Shown in pieces: positions 10,544-20,283 of a stretch of DNA of 64,000 nucleotides. Source of the DNA: an uncultured virus (IMG/VR IMGVR_UViG_3300028809_000010) (Duplodnaviria; Heunggongvirae; Uroviricota; Caudoviricetes); IMG/VR virus record IMGVR_UViG_3300028809_000010; one strand, written 5' to 3'. Position 1 is the first letter of the stretch. Every line of letters starts with the position of its first letter. A model generated the notes under the pieces. It searched no databases, had not been told where the DNA came from, and worked only from the letters and a program-made list of their open reading frames with translations. The translations under genes and the position numbers were made by a program.

Positions 10544-10965
10544 AAAGGTGCAAGGACTGCGTAGCGGAAGGGATCACCACACTCCGCGATGCATTCCACC
10601 CTGGCCCGAGGTGCGCTACCCACCATCGAATCTTCACCAAGACCCGCAAAGCCAACAACCACGAACTGATGGTCCAGCGCACCTACAAGCTCCAGCCAGG
10701 CGAATACGCCAAAGCCAAGGAGTTCCAAGAAGGCACGTGCGCTATCTGCCAATTGGCCACAGGTAAAAGCAAGAGGCTGGCAGTAGATCACGACCACGGG
10801 TGCTGCCCGGAAACTCCAACATGCGGTAACTGCAATCGAGGTCTTCTGTGCAGTGAATGCAACCAGCTCCTGGGCCGCGCCAAAGACCGCACCGACTTTT
10901 TCCACAGGGCTATCCGCTACCTGGATGACCCACCGATTCCCCGAATGAGAAGAGCAGAAAAATGA
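10540..10965 (+). CDS. Recombination endonuclease VII (Holliday junction resolvase)
   Basis: QEGTCAIC...LAVDHDH...RGLLCSECNQLLG. Confidence 0.9.
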   Translation: MKRCKDCVAEGITTLRDAFHPGPRCATHHRIFTKTRKANNHELMVQRTYKLQPGEYAKAKEFQEGTCAICQLATGKSKRLAVDHDHGCCPETPTCGNCNRGLLCSECNQLLGRAKDRTDFFHRAIRYLDDPPIPRMRRAEK

Positions 10966-11144
10966 ACCGCATCTCCACAGCCCTCGCCGACATCGCCTAC
11001 GAACTGCTCATCGTCTGGGCGTTCCTCGGCGCCATCCTCTTCACGTCCAGCGCACCGTCGTGGTGGAGCACCACCTTCACGGTCCTCGGCACGGTGTTCG
11101 TCGGCCTGGCCGTCTACCGCTTCTTCGCCGACCGGAAGGCATGA
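10962..11144 (+). CDS. Small membrane protein
   Basis: Two hydrophobic helices. Confidence 0.55.
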   Translation: MNRISTALADIAYELLIVWAFLGAILFTSSAPSWWSTTFTVLGTVFVGLAVYRFFADRKA

Positions 11145-11145
11145 C

Positions 11146-11406
11146 ATGTACGCGATGTGGATTGTTTTCATCATCCTCGGATTCGTAGTCGGGGCCGCCG
11201 CTGTCTTCGGTGCCGTGATCGCCTTCGCCGAGGACGAGTTCGGCCTGTGGCTGCTCGGGGTGGTGGCTGCCGTCGCCGCGTATGGCATGGCAGGTTTCGG
11301 CATTGCCCAGGTCACCTCGATCGAGCGCCAGCAATGCGAGGAAGCCGGTTACGAGTGGATCACCGGGACCTGCTTCGGCTCCAACGTGAATGTGAACCAG
11401 CCATGA
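11146..11406 (+). CDS. Membrane protein
   Basis: Two TM segments and C-terminal C-x3-G-x-W-x4-C. Confidence 0.6.
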   Translation: MYAMWIVFIILGFVVGAAAVFGAVIAFAEDEFGLWLLGVVAAVAAYGMAGFGIAQVTSIERQQCEEAGYEWITGTCFGSNVNVNQP

Positions 11407-11790
11407 GGCGGGCGAGTGTCCTGACCGAACAGGAGCGCCGAGACCACGAATGCAGGCGCCAGTGTCCACGAGGGCGCGGAGCCCGTGGCGACGTCAAGAT
11501 GTGCGACCACGGCCGGATCTGGGAGTGGCGCGCAAACACCGAGCGCTGGCGCCAGCTGAGTTGGCGCAACCCCTTCCAGCGCCGCCGCTACACCATCGCC
11601 CGCAAAGCCCTGCTCACCGAGGAGGAGTCATGAGCTGGATCAGGTGCGTCCCGGACAAGCACCACTGCCTGAAGCCGGTCTTCCCGAGGGGCTACGCCCG
11701 GGGGAGCCAGTGGCAGTGCGATGAGTGCGGGTCTGTCTGGACGCTGAAGCTGAACATCGACGACGGCCTGATCGTGAAGTGGAGTCGGTC

Positions 11791-12129
11791 ATGACGCTAC
11801 TCAGGGGCTGGCACGGCTGGGCGGCGGTGACGCTGGTGGTTGCGACCGTCGACGCCCTCGCCCCGGAAGGCCAGACGATGTCGGAAGCCCTCTACCGCGC
11901 CCGCCAGAAGCATCCATACCTGGTGGTGTGGCTGGTGACAACGACCGCTGTCCACTTGCTGGCCGGAGATCACCCGAGCATGGCCCGCATCGACGTGTTC
12001 AAGCTCTTCGGTGTCGGCCGTAGGAGGCTCCGAACCCTCCGGGGGTCACTCAGGTATGCCGAGGGCGGTTTCGTCAGCCCTAGGTCGTCCCATTGCAGCG
12101 GGAATGAGGTGCTGTGGCCAAGCCAGTGA
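11791..12129 (+). CDS. Actinophage membrane protein
   Basis: W...D..APEGQTMSEA..RAR..HP...HL pattern recalled from mycobacteriophage proteins. Confidence 0.55.
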   Translation: MTLLRGWHGWAAVTLVVATVDALAPEGQTMSEALYRARQKHPYLVVWLVTTTAVHLLAGDHPSMARIDVFKLFGVGRRRLRTLRGSLRYAEGGFVSPRSSHCSGNEVLWPSQ

Positions 12130-12294
12130 TCATGACCCAGTTCCGGCACTGGACGGACGCCTACCCCGAAGCCGTCTTCCGTGCCCACATCACGGGCCGC
12201 CGCTATCGGGTCTGGTACGACCCCGCCAACCGGTGGTGGAACGTCACCGAACTGACCCAGCGCCACCGGCTGCCGTACCCGGAGGAGGGTGGCC

Positions 12295-12588
12295 ATGCGT
12301 AAATCCGCCGAGCTGACCCGCGAAGAGGTGGCCTCGGGCCTGTGGAACGTCAACTGCTGCGACCAGAAGCTGTCCGGCACGATGACCGCCCACTGCACCG
12401 CCTGCCACGCCACGTTCACCCGCCCGGGTGGATTCGACCGTCACCGCCGCAACGGGAAGTGCCTGAACCCGGCGACGCTGCTGGACACCAACAAGCGACC
12501 GGTGTTCCAACGCGCCGACCGGAAGTACCCGTGCTGGCAGATGGCCGGACCCGACGACGACCGACCCGCATGGGAGACCTACGAATGA
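12295..12588 (+). CDS. FDXHR-type Zn-binding protein
   Basis: HCTACHATF...FDRHRRNGKCLNP. Confidence 0.7.
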   Translation: MRKSAELTREEVASGLWNVNCCDQKLSGTMTAHCTACHATFTRPGGFDRHRRNGKCLNPATLLDTNKRPVFQRADRKYPCWQMAGPDDDRPAWETYE

Positions 12589-13163
12589 GCGGCATCTGGT
12601 TCACATCCGATCTCCACCTGGGCCACAAGCTGGTCGCCTCGGAGCGCGGGTTCGACACCACCGAGGAACACGACGCCGCCCTAGCCGCCAACTGGGATGC
12701 GCTGGTCCGCCCGCAGGATCAGGTGTACGTCCTCGGCGATCTGTGCATGAGCCGGGGCAGCGGAGGTCTGACCAGGGCACTGGAGTGGATCTCCGAACGG
12801 CCCGGCATCAAGGACCTGATCTGGGGCAACCACGACTCCGGCCATCCGATGCACCGCGAAGCCCACAAGAACCAGGCCCGGTATCTCGGGGCGTTCCGGT
12901 CGGCCCAGCAGTCGGGCATCCGCAAGATCGGCGAACACCGGGTTCTGCTGAGCCACTTTCCCTATCAAGCCGACCACACCGCAGAGGTTCGCTATCCCCA
13001 GTGGCGTCCGCCGAACTACGGGGAATGGCTCATCCACGGGCACACCCATTCGAGTCGGCAGCGCTACGGCAGCAGGCAGCTCCACGTCGGCCTGGACGCG
13101 CATGGCCTGAAACCCGTGCCGTTGAAGTGGATCGAAGAGCAGATGAGGAAGGACTACCCATGA
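12585..13163 (+). CDS. Calcineurin-like metallophosphoesterase
   Basis: SDLHLGH, LGD, GNHD, HFP and HGHTH motifs. Confidence 0.9.
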   Translation: MSGIWFTSDLHLGHKLVASERGFDTTEEHDAALAANWDALVRPQDQVYVLGDLCMSRGSGGLTRALEWISERPGIKDLIWGNHDSGHPMHREAHKNQARYLGAFRSAQQSGIRKIGEHRVLLSHFPYQADHTAEVRYPQWRPPNYGEWLIHGHTHSSRQRYGSRQLHVGLDAHGLKPVPLKWIEEQMRKDYP

Positions 13164-13544
13164 GCTTGTTTCGTAATCGGTACGGGGGTAGGTCGCGGCT
13201 CGGTCGATGGGTAGACCGTCTGCGCGTGCTCATCCTTCCGCCGAGATGCGTGTGGTGCCGAACCAGGGGTGCCACTATCCACGCCAACGGCGGAACGTGG
13301 TGGCACGGCGACTGCTTCGACGAGAACATCACCCGGCAGTTCGAAGCGATGGGGCTTTACGAATGAGCTGCCAGCACACCTTTTCCGATCTGGACCCGGG
13401 GGAGTGCCTGCGTTGTGGCATCGCCCCTGGTCCCGAGTGGCTGTACGGCACCTGCGGCGGCTGCAAGCGAGAACTGAGCAGCGTGAATCTCTACCACGGC
13501 TGGTGCCCCCACTGTCATCACACATTCCCTCCGGAGGACGACGA

Positions 13545-13892
13545 ATGAAACTCTGGCGCATCAATCCCGCGTACTGGTGGGAGCTCCTGGACAGTCGAAC
13601 CAGAGCGCATGTCCGGTTCCACGCCATTCGCGCCGCACTGAATCCGCGACTGAGTGACCAGGCGGTGGAGGCGATGTACAACGTCTTCTACTTCCAATAC
13701 TCGATCGACCAGGCCAAGCAGGCGGGGCGAAAAGACGCGGCCGACTATGTCGAGGCTGAACTGCGCTACGTGTCGGCCGAGGAAGCCCTGGAAAGCCTTC
13801 GTCGCAGCGCCGACCGGGTGATCGAATACCAAGACGCGGCGTACAAGAACCAGACTGCGTTGTACTTCCCCTCGAGCCGGAGAGCCGGATGA
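13545..13892 (+). CDS. Hypothetical protein
   Basis: GGAGGA RBS; ATGA overlaps. Confidence 0.55.
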   Translation: MKLWRINPAYWWELLDSRTRAHVRFHAIRAALNPRLSDQAVEAMYNVFYFQYSIDQAKQAGRKDAADYVEAELRYVSAEEALESLRRSADRVIEYQDAAYKNQTALYFPSSRRAG

Positions 13893-14185
13893 GCACATTC
13901 CTGAATTCACTGAAGATCATCGACGAATGCGCGGTGTGCCAAGAAGACGTGAGGTTCTGGCGGCACCGGTGGTATCACGTCACACCGAACGCCCTGGGCC
14001 TGGAGCTGCACGGCGAGGACGGCCACAAAGCCTTCGGCGCCAACGATACCGAAGAGGGCGTGACGTTCTGGCGTGAGAAGTACAAGGGCCAGAAGGAGCT
14101 GTTCGAATTCCTCGGCATGACCCCGGGCGAGTTCAGGCGGTTCCAGGAGGCCAACCCGAAAATTACGGAGGGGGTAGGGGAGTGA
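13889..14185 (+). CDS. Hypothetical protein
   Basis: Coupled ORF; ELFEFLGMT motif. Confidence 0.55.
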   Translation: MSTFLNSLKIIDECAVCQEDVRFWRHRWYHVTPNALGLELHGEDGHKAFGANDTEEGVTFWREKYKGQKELFEFLGMTPGEFRRFQEANPKITEGVGE

Positions 14186-14394
14186 AGATCAAGAAGAAAG
14201 AGCTCCGCCGCCTGCTTCGTGAGGTGATCGGCCCGGACCACGAGTTCGAATTCGAGACCAATGTGTATCAGGTCCCCCCCGGCGTGAAGGAGCTGCACGT
14301 GCCGAGACTTATGGGGCTGGAGGCCAACAAACTCAAGGCCGTTCAGCGAGCACGGGCCGAGAAGCTGCTCCGGGAAATGCGGAAGGGGTAGGAG

Positions 14395-14913
14395 ATGTGT
14401 GAAGAGTTCCTGGATCAGCTCGAGACCGTTACCCGCGTCGATGTGATCTGCGACTTCAAGCGTGTGCGTCAGCTGAACGGAGTCAAGTTCGTCGCGATGG
14501 TCTTGCAGGACGACAACCGGACGATGAAGCTGTTCCTGGTCTCCCGCGACGACAACGGCAAGTCCGTCGAGGAGTACCACGCGAATCTTGCCCGATCTTT
14601 CCAACAGCAGGATTTCGCGGGTCCGGTCGATGCAACCCTCCATGTTGAAACCGGCGAGGAACCAGAGGAGAGCTTGGCGAGTCAGCTGGCCGAGGAAGAG
14701 CTCACGCTGAAGGAAAAGCTGGTCGCCGCTCGCAAGGCTGCTGGGATGTCCAAGGCCGACATCACGAAAGCCCTCGGCTGGAAAGAGAAGGAGGTCAGTC
14801 GATTCGAGCGGCTGGACTCCAACCCGACGCTGGCTCAGATCCGCTACTACGCCCATGCTATCGGTGCCCTGGTGACCTTCGGCGTCGAAAATGGTAAGGG
14901 GGTAGGCGGGTGA
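14395..14913 (+). CDS. XRE-family HTH protein with extra N-terminal domain
   Basis: LVAARKAAGMSKADITKALG...VSRFERLDSNPTLAQIRYYAHAIG. Confidence 0.8.
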   Translation: MCEEFLDQLETVTRVDVICDFKRVRQLNGVKFVAMVLQDDNRTMKLFLVSRDDNGKSVEEYHANLARSFQQQDFAGPVDATLHVETGEEPEESLASQLAEEELTLKEKLVAARKAAGMSKADITKALGWKEKEVSRFERLDSNPTLAQIRYYAHAIGALVTFGVENGKGVGG

Positions 14914-15336
14914 TCCAAAGTCAGATGCGGTATCGGGTCAGCTGCGACAGCTGCCATTCCATTTATCATCACGCCGGACAACTCAGCTGGTTGAGTGATC
15001 TGGACACCGCCCTAGCCCTGGCCCGTGAGGGTGGATGGCGAGCAAGCCCCGCCAGAGCTACTTGCCCGACCTGCCTGGGCCTGAAAATGGGAAGGGGGTA
15101 GACGGGGTGAGGGTCTACAAGGAGCCGTACGCCGAGGTGCGCAAAGGCCGCAACAACCGGGGTGAGGGCTGGTTCATCTACGTCAACGTCAGCCCGACCC
15201 GGTTTGTCACCTTCGGCCCGTATGCCCGGCAAGACAAGGCATTCGAGATCGCCTTCACGGAAGCATCCTTTGCTCGCGGTCGTGGGCATCTTCTGTCGGG
15301 GTTTCGTGAACGGGGCGGTGATTGGAGCTGGATCAT

Positions 15337-16086
15337 ATGAACTGTCCGAAGTGTGGCGCGGACTCCGTCGAGGGTCACCTCTGCTGGTCGTGCGTGAAGC
15401 TCCTGCGGAAAATCCTCGAGGGGTTGGAGGAGGGCGTGGATGAGCTGGAGACGCAGCTGACGAAGCAGTCCGTGGACGTGAAGCAGCCCGGCAAGACCGA
15501 CGAGGTTCCGCTGCTGTTCGACGAGGCCGCGTCGGATGTGCTCGAGCTGCTGCGGGGAACTCTCGCCGAGTGGTCCGGGGAAAATGCAGGAGGGGTAGGC
15601 AAGCTCGGTGAGTGCCGCCGCCACCTGGCCTGGCTGATCACCCACGTGGTGGACCTGCGGTCCGAGCCGGATATCGACAGGATGTTCCGGAAGTTGATCT
15701 ACGTTCGGAGCCGGATCTACTCGGTGATCGACCGGCGTCAAGAGAAGGTGGCTCTGGGGCGCTGCGCTTGCGGTCTGGATGTGTGGAGCTTCCCGGATCG
15801 TGAGGTCTGGGTGTGCAAGTGCGGGGAGCGGTTCAACGTTCAGACCACCCGCGAGCGCTTCCGCAACATCGGCCGGGAGCAGAAGGTCACCGCCAAGCAG
15901 GCCGAGGCGCTGGGGGAGGTGTACGGCCGGGTCATCCGTGCCCGCACCGTCCACCAATGGCATCGCCGTCGTCACCTGTCCGATCACGGCAAGAATGAGG
16001 AGGGGCTCTGGGTGTTCCGGTTCGGTGATCTCCTAGAGCTCGCCGGTGAGGGCGTGGTGCAGCAGCTCGAGGTGAACGATACCTAG
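15337..16086 (+). CDS. Zn-finger/HTH DNA-binding protein (candidate late transcription regulator)
   Basis: CPKC..CWSC, LGRCAC, CKC and C-terminal RTVHQWHRRRHL...FRFGDL HTH; last gene of the rightward operon. Confidence 0.65.
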   Translation: MNCPKCGADSVEGHLCWSCVKLLRKILEGLEEGVDELETQLTKQSVDVKQPGKTDEVPLLFDEAASDVLELLRGTLAEWSGENAGGVGKLGECRRHLAWLITHVVDLRSEPDIDRMFRKLIYVRSRIYSVIDRRQEKVALGRCACGLDVWSFPDREVWVCKCGERFNVQTTRERFRNIGREQKVTAKQAEALGEVYGRVIRARTVHQWHRRRHLSDHGKNEEGLWVFRFGDLLELAGEGVVQQLEVNDT

Positions 16087-16389
16087 GTCGGCGGGGCCGG
16101 GCTCGATTTGATCGGGTACGTCAGCCCGGCCCGTCACCACTACGTCACCCCAGAGGATCGGAAGTCCGCACGGTCCGCGTAGCTGCTGCATCGCCCACAT
16201 CGCCGAGACGTTGAAGACGGGCCGGGACACCAGAGCCGCGCCGACATCGACCCAGAACACCAGTGGGCCCAGCCATTCCGCGTACACCGAATCGGCCCGG
16301 ATGGTGTTGGCGATCAGTCCCAGCGTGTTGGTCCGGCTGAGAGACACGAGACTAACTACACCTGTTGTGGTGATGAGCAATCCATGCAT
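16083..16389 (-). CDS. DUF3846-like protein (ORF track extends the 3' end to 16033)
   Basis: FWVD...N..A...ILWGDVVVTG resembles 54883..55278. Confidence 0.5.
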
Positions 16390-16628
16390 GGGGCAACCGC
16401 TTCGGTGAATGGGTGGGTGGTTAGGGGAACGAACGGACTCCGGGTCTAAATCGGTGGTTTGAGGTGGTTTGTTACCGGGTATGGTTGCCCGGTCAACAGC
16501 AGCGTAGACCGCTCTACCGACAGTGAACGCCGGTGTTCTGGACGTCTATCCAACTGTGACCATCGGCCCTAGGTAAGGCTTCACTTCGGGAAAATGCGAA
16601 CGGGTTCCGTTCCACCCGGAAGCAAAAG

Positions 16629-16904
16629 TTACCGAGACCGCACCAGCCAGGCCAGACGCTGCAAGTGCCGTACGGCCGCCTCCTTGCCCTGCACCCACGC
16701 GGCATGGGCACTCGGGGCCGGGTGCAGGGACACGAACCATTGCGAGGGTATGCCGGACAGCTCGCCCGTGACCAAACAGATACCCGTATCGGTGGAGTAA
16801 GCAGCCATCCGGCCGGGAGAGAAGCGGACCAGTATCTGTCGGCCCACCTCGCCCCCCGGCCCGATGCAGCGTAATCGCAGCTCTCCGCTCGCCGGGATGT
16901 TCAT
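16629..16904 (-). CDS. Hypothetical protein
   Basis: ATG overlaps the stop of the upstream gene (ATGA). Confidence 0.5.
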   Translation of the reverse strand: MNIPASGELRLRCIGPGGEVGRQILVRFSPGRMAAYSTDTGICLVTGELSGIPSQWFVSLHPAPSAHAAWVQGKEAAVRHLQRLAWLVRSR

Positions 16905-17080
16905 AGCCGCTGTGTGTTGGTCAGCTCCCCCGGCCGGAGGTGACTCAGCCCCGCATTCACCAGAGCCTCTATCGCCTCGGCGGGTGTCAGCCCGTGCGCA
17001 TCGGCGTAGGTCGAGACTTCCACCACCCGCGACCACCCGGACAGCTGCGCATAGGTGATGACGGCCGGACTGTCTTCCAT
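16901..17080 (-). CDS. Small possible ribbon-helix-helix protein
   Basis: VSTYADAHGLTPAEAIEALVNAGL; AAAGGA RBS. Confidence 0.45.
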   Translation of the reverse strand: MEDSPAVITYAQLSGWSRVVEVSTYADAHGLTPAEAIEALVNAGLSHLRPGELTNTQRL

Positions 17081-17499
17081 TACTGAATCCTTTCCAGCTC
17101 GGCGATTGTCGGCCCGGCGTACCCGTACTCCCACACAGACGATCCGTCGTTGAACAGGGTCGAGGCGGGCACACGGGCAACGTATACCGGCCAATCCAGC
17201 ACGGAGTCCGATTTGTGCATCCCGTGCTCGGCGGCATAGCTGGGCGCGGTCGTGACCCAATCACCGGAATTGATCACGGGCTCCACGTCCGGCGGCATCG
17301 CGCGACAGACAAGGATCATTCGGTCGGGGTTGTCTCTCGCATCTACGGTCTGAAACCACGCGGAGGCATACTTGCGCATCTCCTCGTCAGTCAGCGTGCG
17401 TCGTGGATGGTCGTAGATGTCCTGCCCCCACATCGGCCGCAGATCGGTTATGCACGTGCCAGACGTCGGCGCGGTGTGCTGGAGGCGGTAGTCGTTCAT
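17080..17499 (-). CDS. Possible ADP-ribosyltransferase-like domain protein
   Basis: VCRAMP...INSGDWVT...YAAEHG...V.A..L..DG.S.WEYGY pattern recalled from phage polyvalent-protein domains. Confidence 0.5.
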   Translation of the reverse strand: MNDYRLQHTAPTSGTCITDLRPMWGQDIYDHPRRTLTDEEMRKYASAWFQTVDARDNPDRMILVCRAMPPDVEPVINSGDWVTTAPSYAAEHGMHKSDSVLDWPVYVARVPASTLFNDGSSVWEYGYAGPTIAELERIQ

Positions 17500-17530
17500 T
17501 GCTCGACTTCTTTCGGGGGTTGGGGTATGG

Positions 17531-17803
17531 CTAGTCGATCGCCTCGATATTGATAACCACGTCTTCATTGCGGTAGAACTCGACAACTACCCGCTTGCCG
17601 TCGAACTTTCTCGAGCCTGTCCGCACAGCGTTAGCTCCCTTGCCAATCGTTCCACCGCCGCCCAATCCGCCCGACAGCTCAAGCGCGAGCATGTCATCGA
17701 GCCGAAAGTCTCCGTCTGTCGTTCGGGCGACTACTACACCGCCATCGCGGCCCGTTCCTCGCTGAAGGTATTTGATGGTGGTTTCAATCTTCTTGTTCGC
17801 CAT
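17531..17803 (-). CDS. Hypothetical early protein
   Basis: Start preceded by the start-associated repeat. Confidence 0.6.
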   Translation of the reverse strand: MANKKIETTIKYLQRGTGRDGGVVVARTTDGDFRLDDMLALELSGGLGGGGTIGKGANAVRTGSRKFDGKRVVVEFYRNEDVVINIEAID

Positions 17804-17841
17804 TGCCCTAATCCTCTGCTCGGTAATCGGTTCGGTCGTGG

Positions 17842-18006
17842 TTAGTTGCGCTCCGGCTGAATGTCTCGAACTGAGATCCACCTGCGCCCGTGCTCTTCGT
17901 TGTCCCACGAGACCAGGGCTTCGGAGTGGTCGCGAGAAGTGCTAACTACTAGACCGACCCCAAGGTATCGGTTGGTCACTCGGTCGCCTGTCATGATGTC
18001 GGCCAT
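17842..18006 (-). CDS. Small SH3-like hypothetical protein
   Basis: MADIMTGDRVTNRYLGVGLVV...VSWD; start-associated repeat. Confidence 0.55.
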   Translation of the reverse strand: MADIMTGDRVTNRYLGVGLVVSTSRDHSEALVSWDNEEHGRRWISVRDIQPERN

Positions 18007-18098
18007 GATGTCTATTCCTTTGCTCGGTAATCTGTTCGGGGGTCGCGTGCCCGGTGACCTATGACGGTCGTACGCCTGTAGCGTCCTGGCACTCTTTG

Positions 18099-18314
18099 CT
18101 AGTCAGTCATGAATGCCCAGTCACCCACGGTGTTCCCGTTGTGGTCGCGCAAGATCCCCTGTTCGCCATCTCGGGGGCTCCGCTCGGACAACAGTTCACT
18201 TGCCAGCTCTCGCAGAATGCGGCCGACCTCTTCGGCGCGCTCGCTGTAGTACTCGGATGAATCGGCGTCTCCGAATGCAGCGTTGCCGGTCTCGATTTTC
18301 AGCGTGAATGCCAT
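18099..18314 (-). CDS. Small phage protein
   Basis: FTLKIETGNAAF...RILRELA...RDHNGNTVG.W; start-associated repeat. Confidence 0.65.
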   Translation of the reverse strand: MAFTLKIETGNAAFGDADSSEYYSERAEEVGRILRELASELLSERSPRDGEQGILRDHNGNTVGDWAFMTD

Positions 18315-18349
18315 TGCTCTAATCCTTTGTCCGGTAAATGGTTTGGGGG

Positions 18350-18499
18350 TCACTGCGCGTCGGGTATGGGTGACAGGATGGCGGCGATCCAGAGGTCGAA
18401 TGATCGCTCTGGATCTGAGTCGACGGCCACGGCATTTGTATTCACAAAATCTCGGTATTCCATGCCATCGTTATGGGTCATTCCGTCGGTGATAATCAT
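18350..18499 (-). CDS. Small hypothetical protein
   Basis: 49-aa ORF preceded by the start-associated repeat. Confidence 0.5.
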   Translation of the reverse strand: MIITDGMTHNDGMEYRDFVNTNAVAVDSDPERSFDLWIAAILSPIPDAQ

Positions 18500-18503
18500 T
18501 GCT

Positions 18504-18854
18504 CTAATCCTTTGCTCCGTCGGTGATCCACTCGGACAGCCCCGCGAGACGGTCGCGCTTGTCCTGCAAATTGGTTTCCTGCAAGACGTCGGTCACGATT
18601 TCGACCCAGTCCACGGAATTCAAATCGGCGTCCCGGATCTCACCGTATGCACCTTCATCGCCACCGCCCAGCTCGGAAACGTACGCTTTTACGCGATCGG
18701 CGGCCTTCTCTACGTCGTTCCACGTACTGTCTTCCTCGTCGAACCATGCCGTACGTTCGATGATGCCCATGTAGGTTTTGTAGGCGTCGTAATCGTTGTC
18801 CAGGTCGAGCCGGACGGCGGCGGTATCTCCGTGGGCTACGTTGTATCCGGTCAC
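18504..18854 (-). CDS. Acidic hypothetical early protein
   Basis: Strongly Asp/Glu-rich; start-associated repeat. Confidence 0.6.
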   Translation of the reverse strand: MTGYNVAHGDTAAVRLDLDNDYDAYKTYMGIIERTAWFDEEDSTWNDVEKAADRVKAYVSELGGGDEGAYGEIRDADLNSVDWVEIVTDVLQETNLQDKRDRLAGLSEWITDGAKD

Positions 18855-19105
18855 TGTTCTAATCCTTTGCTCGGGTGGTTATTTGGTGGTGGGTTGGTGG
18901 GTAGCCTAGTCGCGTGGTCCGACAGTCGTCACGGAGTCCAACGTATCCCGGCCAGCACTTCCCGTAGCTCTTCGGACAGCCCGGGGAGTGCTCCGAGATG
19001 AGCTAGGGCTATGCCGATCGCGAGCAGAGACGCCCAGACGGCCATTGCAGGCAGCCACAGGACTAGAAGCAGTGGGTGGCTCTGCTGCTTGCGGTAGTCC
19101 ATGGG

Positions 19106-19285
19106 TCACCTCCGCCCGCGCCATCGGTACCACGGTTCTAGGCTGTCCCAGTAGGGAACTCCGTCCGGTGTGTGATACGTCGGTTCGGGTAGGTTGCGCT
19201 TGCGGGTGAGCCAGTTGTGCACGACAGCCCGGGTGACCCCCAGAGCTCGCGCAACGTCAGACTGCCCGTAGATGGTGTCTTCCAC
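19106..19285 (-). CDS. Small HTH DNA-binding protein
   Basis: YGQSDVARALGVTRAVVHNW...LPEP. Confidence 0.7.
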   Translation of the reverse strand: MEDTIYGQSDVARALGVTRAVVHNWLTRKRNLPEPTYHTPDGVPYWDSLEPWYRWRGRR

Positions 19286-19471
19286 GGCGTCACCCCCGGA
19301 GATGCTGGAACGCCACGACAAGCGCGTGAGGGTCGTTGATGGTGAGTCCGTAGAAGACTTTGCGCGCGTAGTGAACGCTGCCCAATGCGATGGTGAGGGC
19401 TGCTAGCGTCTCGATATTCGCCAGCGTCTCACCGGGGTACGTGCTTTCCTGTGCTGCTGTGATCATTATCT

Positions 19472-19651
19472 TCAATTCCAATCGTTTTCGTCGTAGTTGT
19501 TCCAGTCGTACGCGTCGTACTCGCGCTTGTTCGCGTACAGATTCCACACAGTCGCCGAGAATTGTTCGACGCCATAACCACACGCCCTTGCCCAATGTTC
19601 GTTGGAAGTCATGCCCGTGCGTTCGTAAATCTTCGGTGCGTTCATGATCAT
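19472..19651 (-). CDS. Hypothetical protein
   Basis: Type-2 start-associated repeat. Confidence 0.55.
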   Translation of the reverse strand: MIMNAPKIYERTGMTSNEHWARACGYGVEQFSATVWNLYANKREYDAYDWNNYDENDWN

Positions 19652-19656
19652 TTGCC

Positions 19657-19944
19657 CTACTCGCTTTCTCGATACCATGTAGCCATCGAATTACCTTGGA
19701 TTGTCCAGCGATGGTCCACGGCCTGTTGTGTGATGAACGCGGCAAGACTGTTCGCGACGTGCCCGGCCGTGTCCCTTCGCGCTTGCCGCTTGAGCTCTAG
19801 CCAATTCTCGATATGCGCATCGGTGCTGTATACATCCGCCTCGGGGTTGTGCAAGATATCCCGGTCAACGCGGAGCGCCATCCCGTAATGGTGAACCACG
19901 TCACCGGTACGCAATTGGTCGGTTGTCACCCGCTCAGTAGCCAT
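19657..19944 (-). CDS. Hypothetical protein
   Basis: Type-2 repeat; ends in ESE-stop. Confidence 0.6.
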   Translation of the reverse strand: MATERVTTDQLRTGDVVHHYGMALRVDRDILHNPEADVYSTDAHIENWLELKRQARRDTAGHVANSLAAFITQQAVDHRWTIQGNSMATWYRESE

Positions 19945-19958
19945 TGCCTCACTCGCTT

Positions 19959-20279
19959 TCAGTAGTCGTGATCGGTGCCGCGTACGAACATTTCAAAGTA
20001 GCGATCCAATACACGCGCGACGTACAGCAAGCCATCGGCACCATTCCGGCGGTACTCCTCTACAATCATGTTCGTCTGCCAGTTCTCGTGAAACTCCAGA
20101 TACGCGCCCAGGTCGCCATCCGGCCGGAGCATAGGCGCGCTGAATTCCCATTCATCCGGGATGCTCTCGCCTGCCACGTACAACACTTCGGCAATGGGAT
20201 ACAGCCAGCCGACTACCCAGCCCTTTAAGTCGCGGCCGTCGAAATCGTCCGCAATCGGGAGATAGTCACGTGTCTTCAT
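19959..20279 (-). CDS. Hypothetical protein
   Basis: Type-2 repeat before the ATG at 20279. Confidence 0.6.
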   Translation of the reverse strand: MKTRDYLPIADDFDGRDLKGWVVGWLYPIAEVLYVAGESIPDEWEFSAPMLRPDGDLGAYLEFHENWQTNMIVEEYRRNGADGLLYVARVLDRYFEMFVRGTDHDY

Positions 20280-20283
20280 TGCC

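Noticed and set aside
16629..16904. Large ncRNA between the convergent operons
   Set aside because: Explained by a translationally coupled minus-strand ORF.
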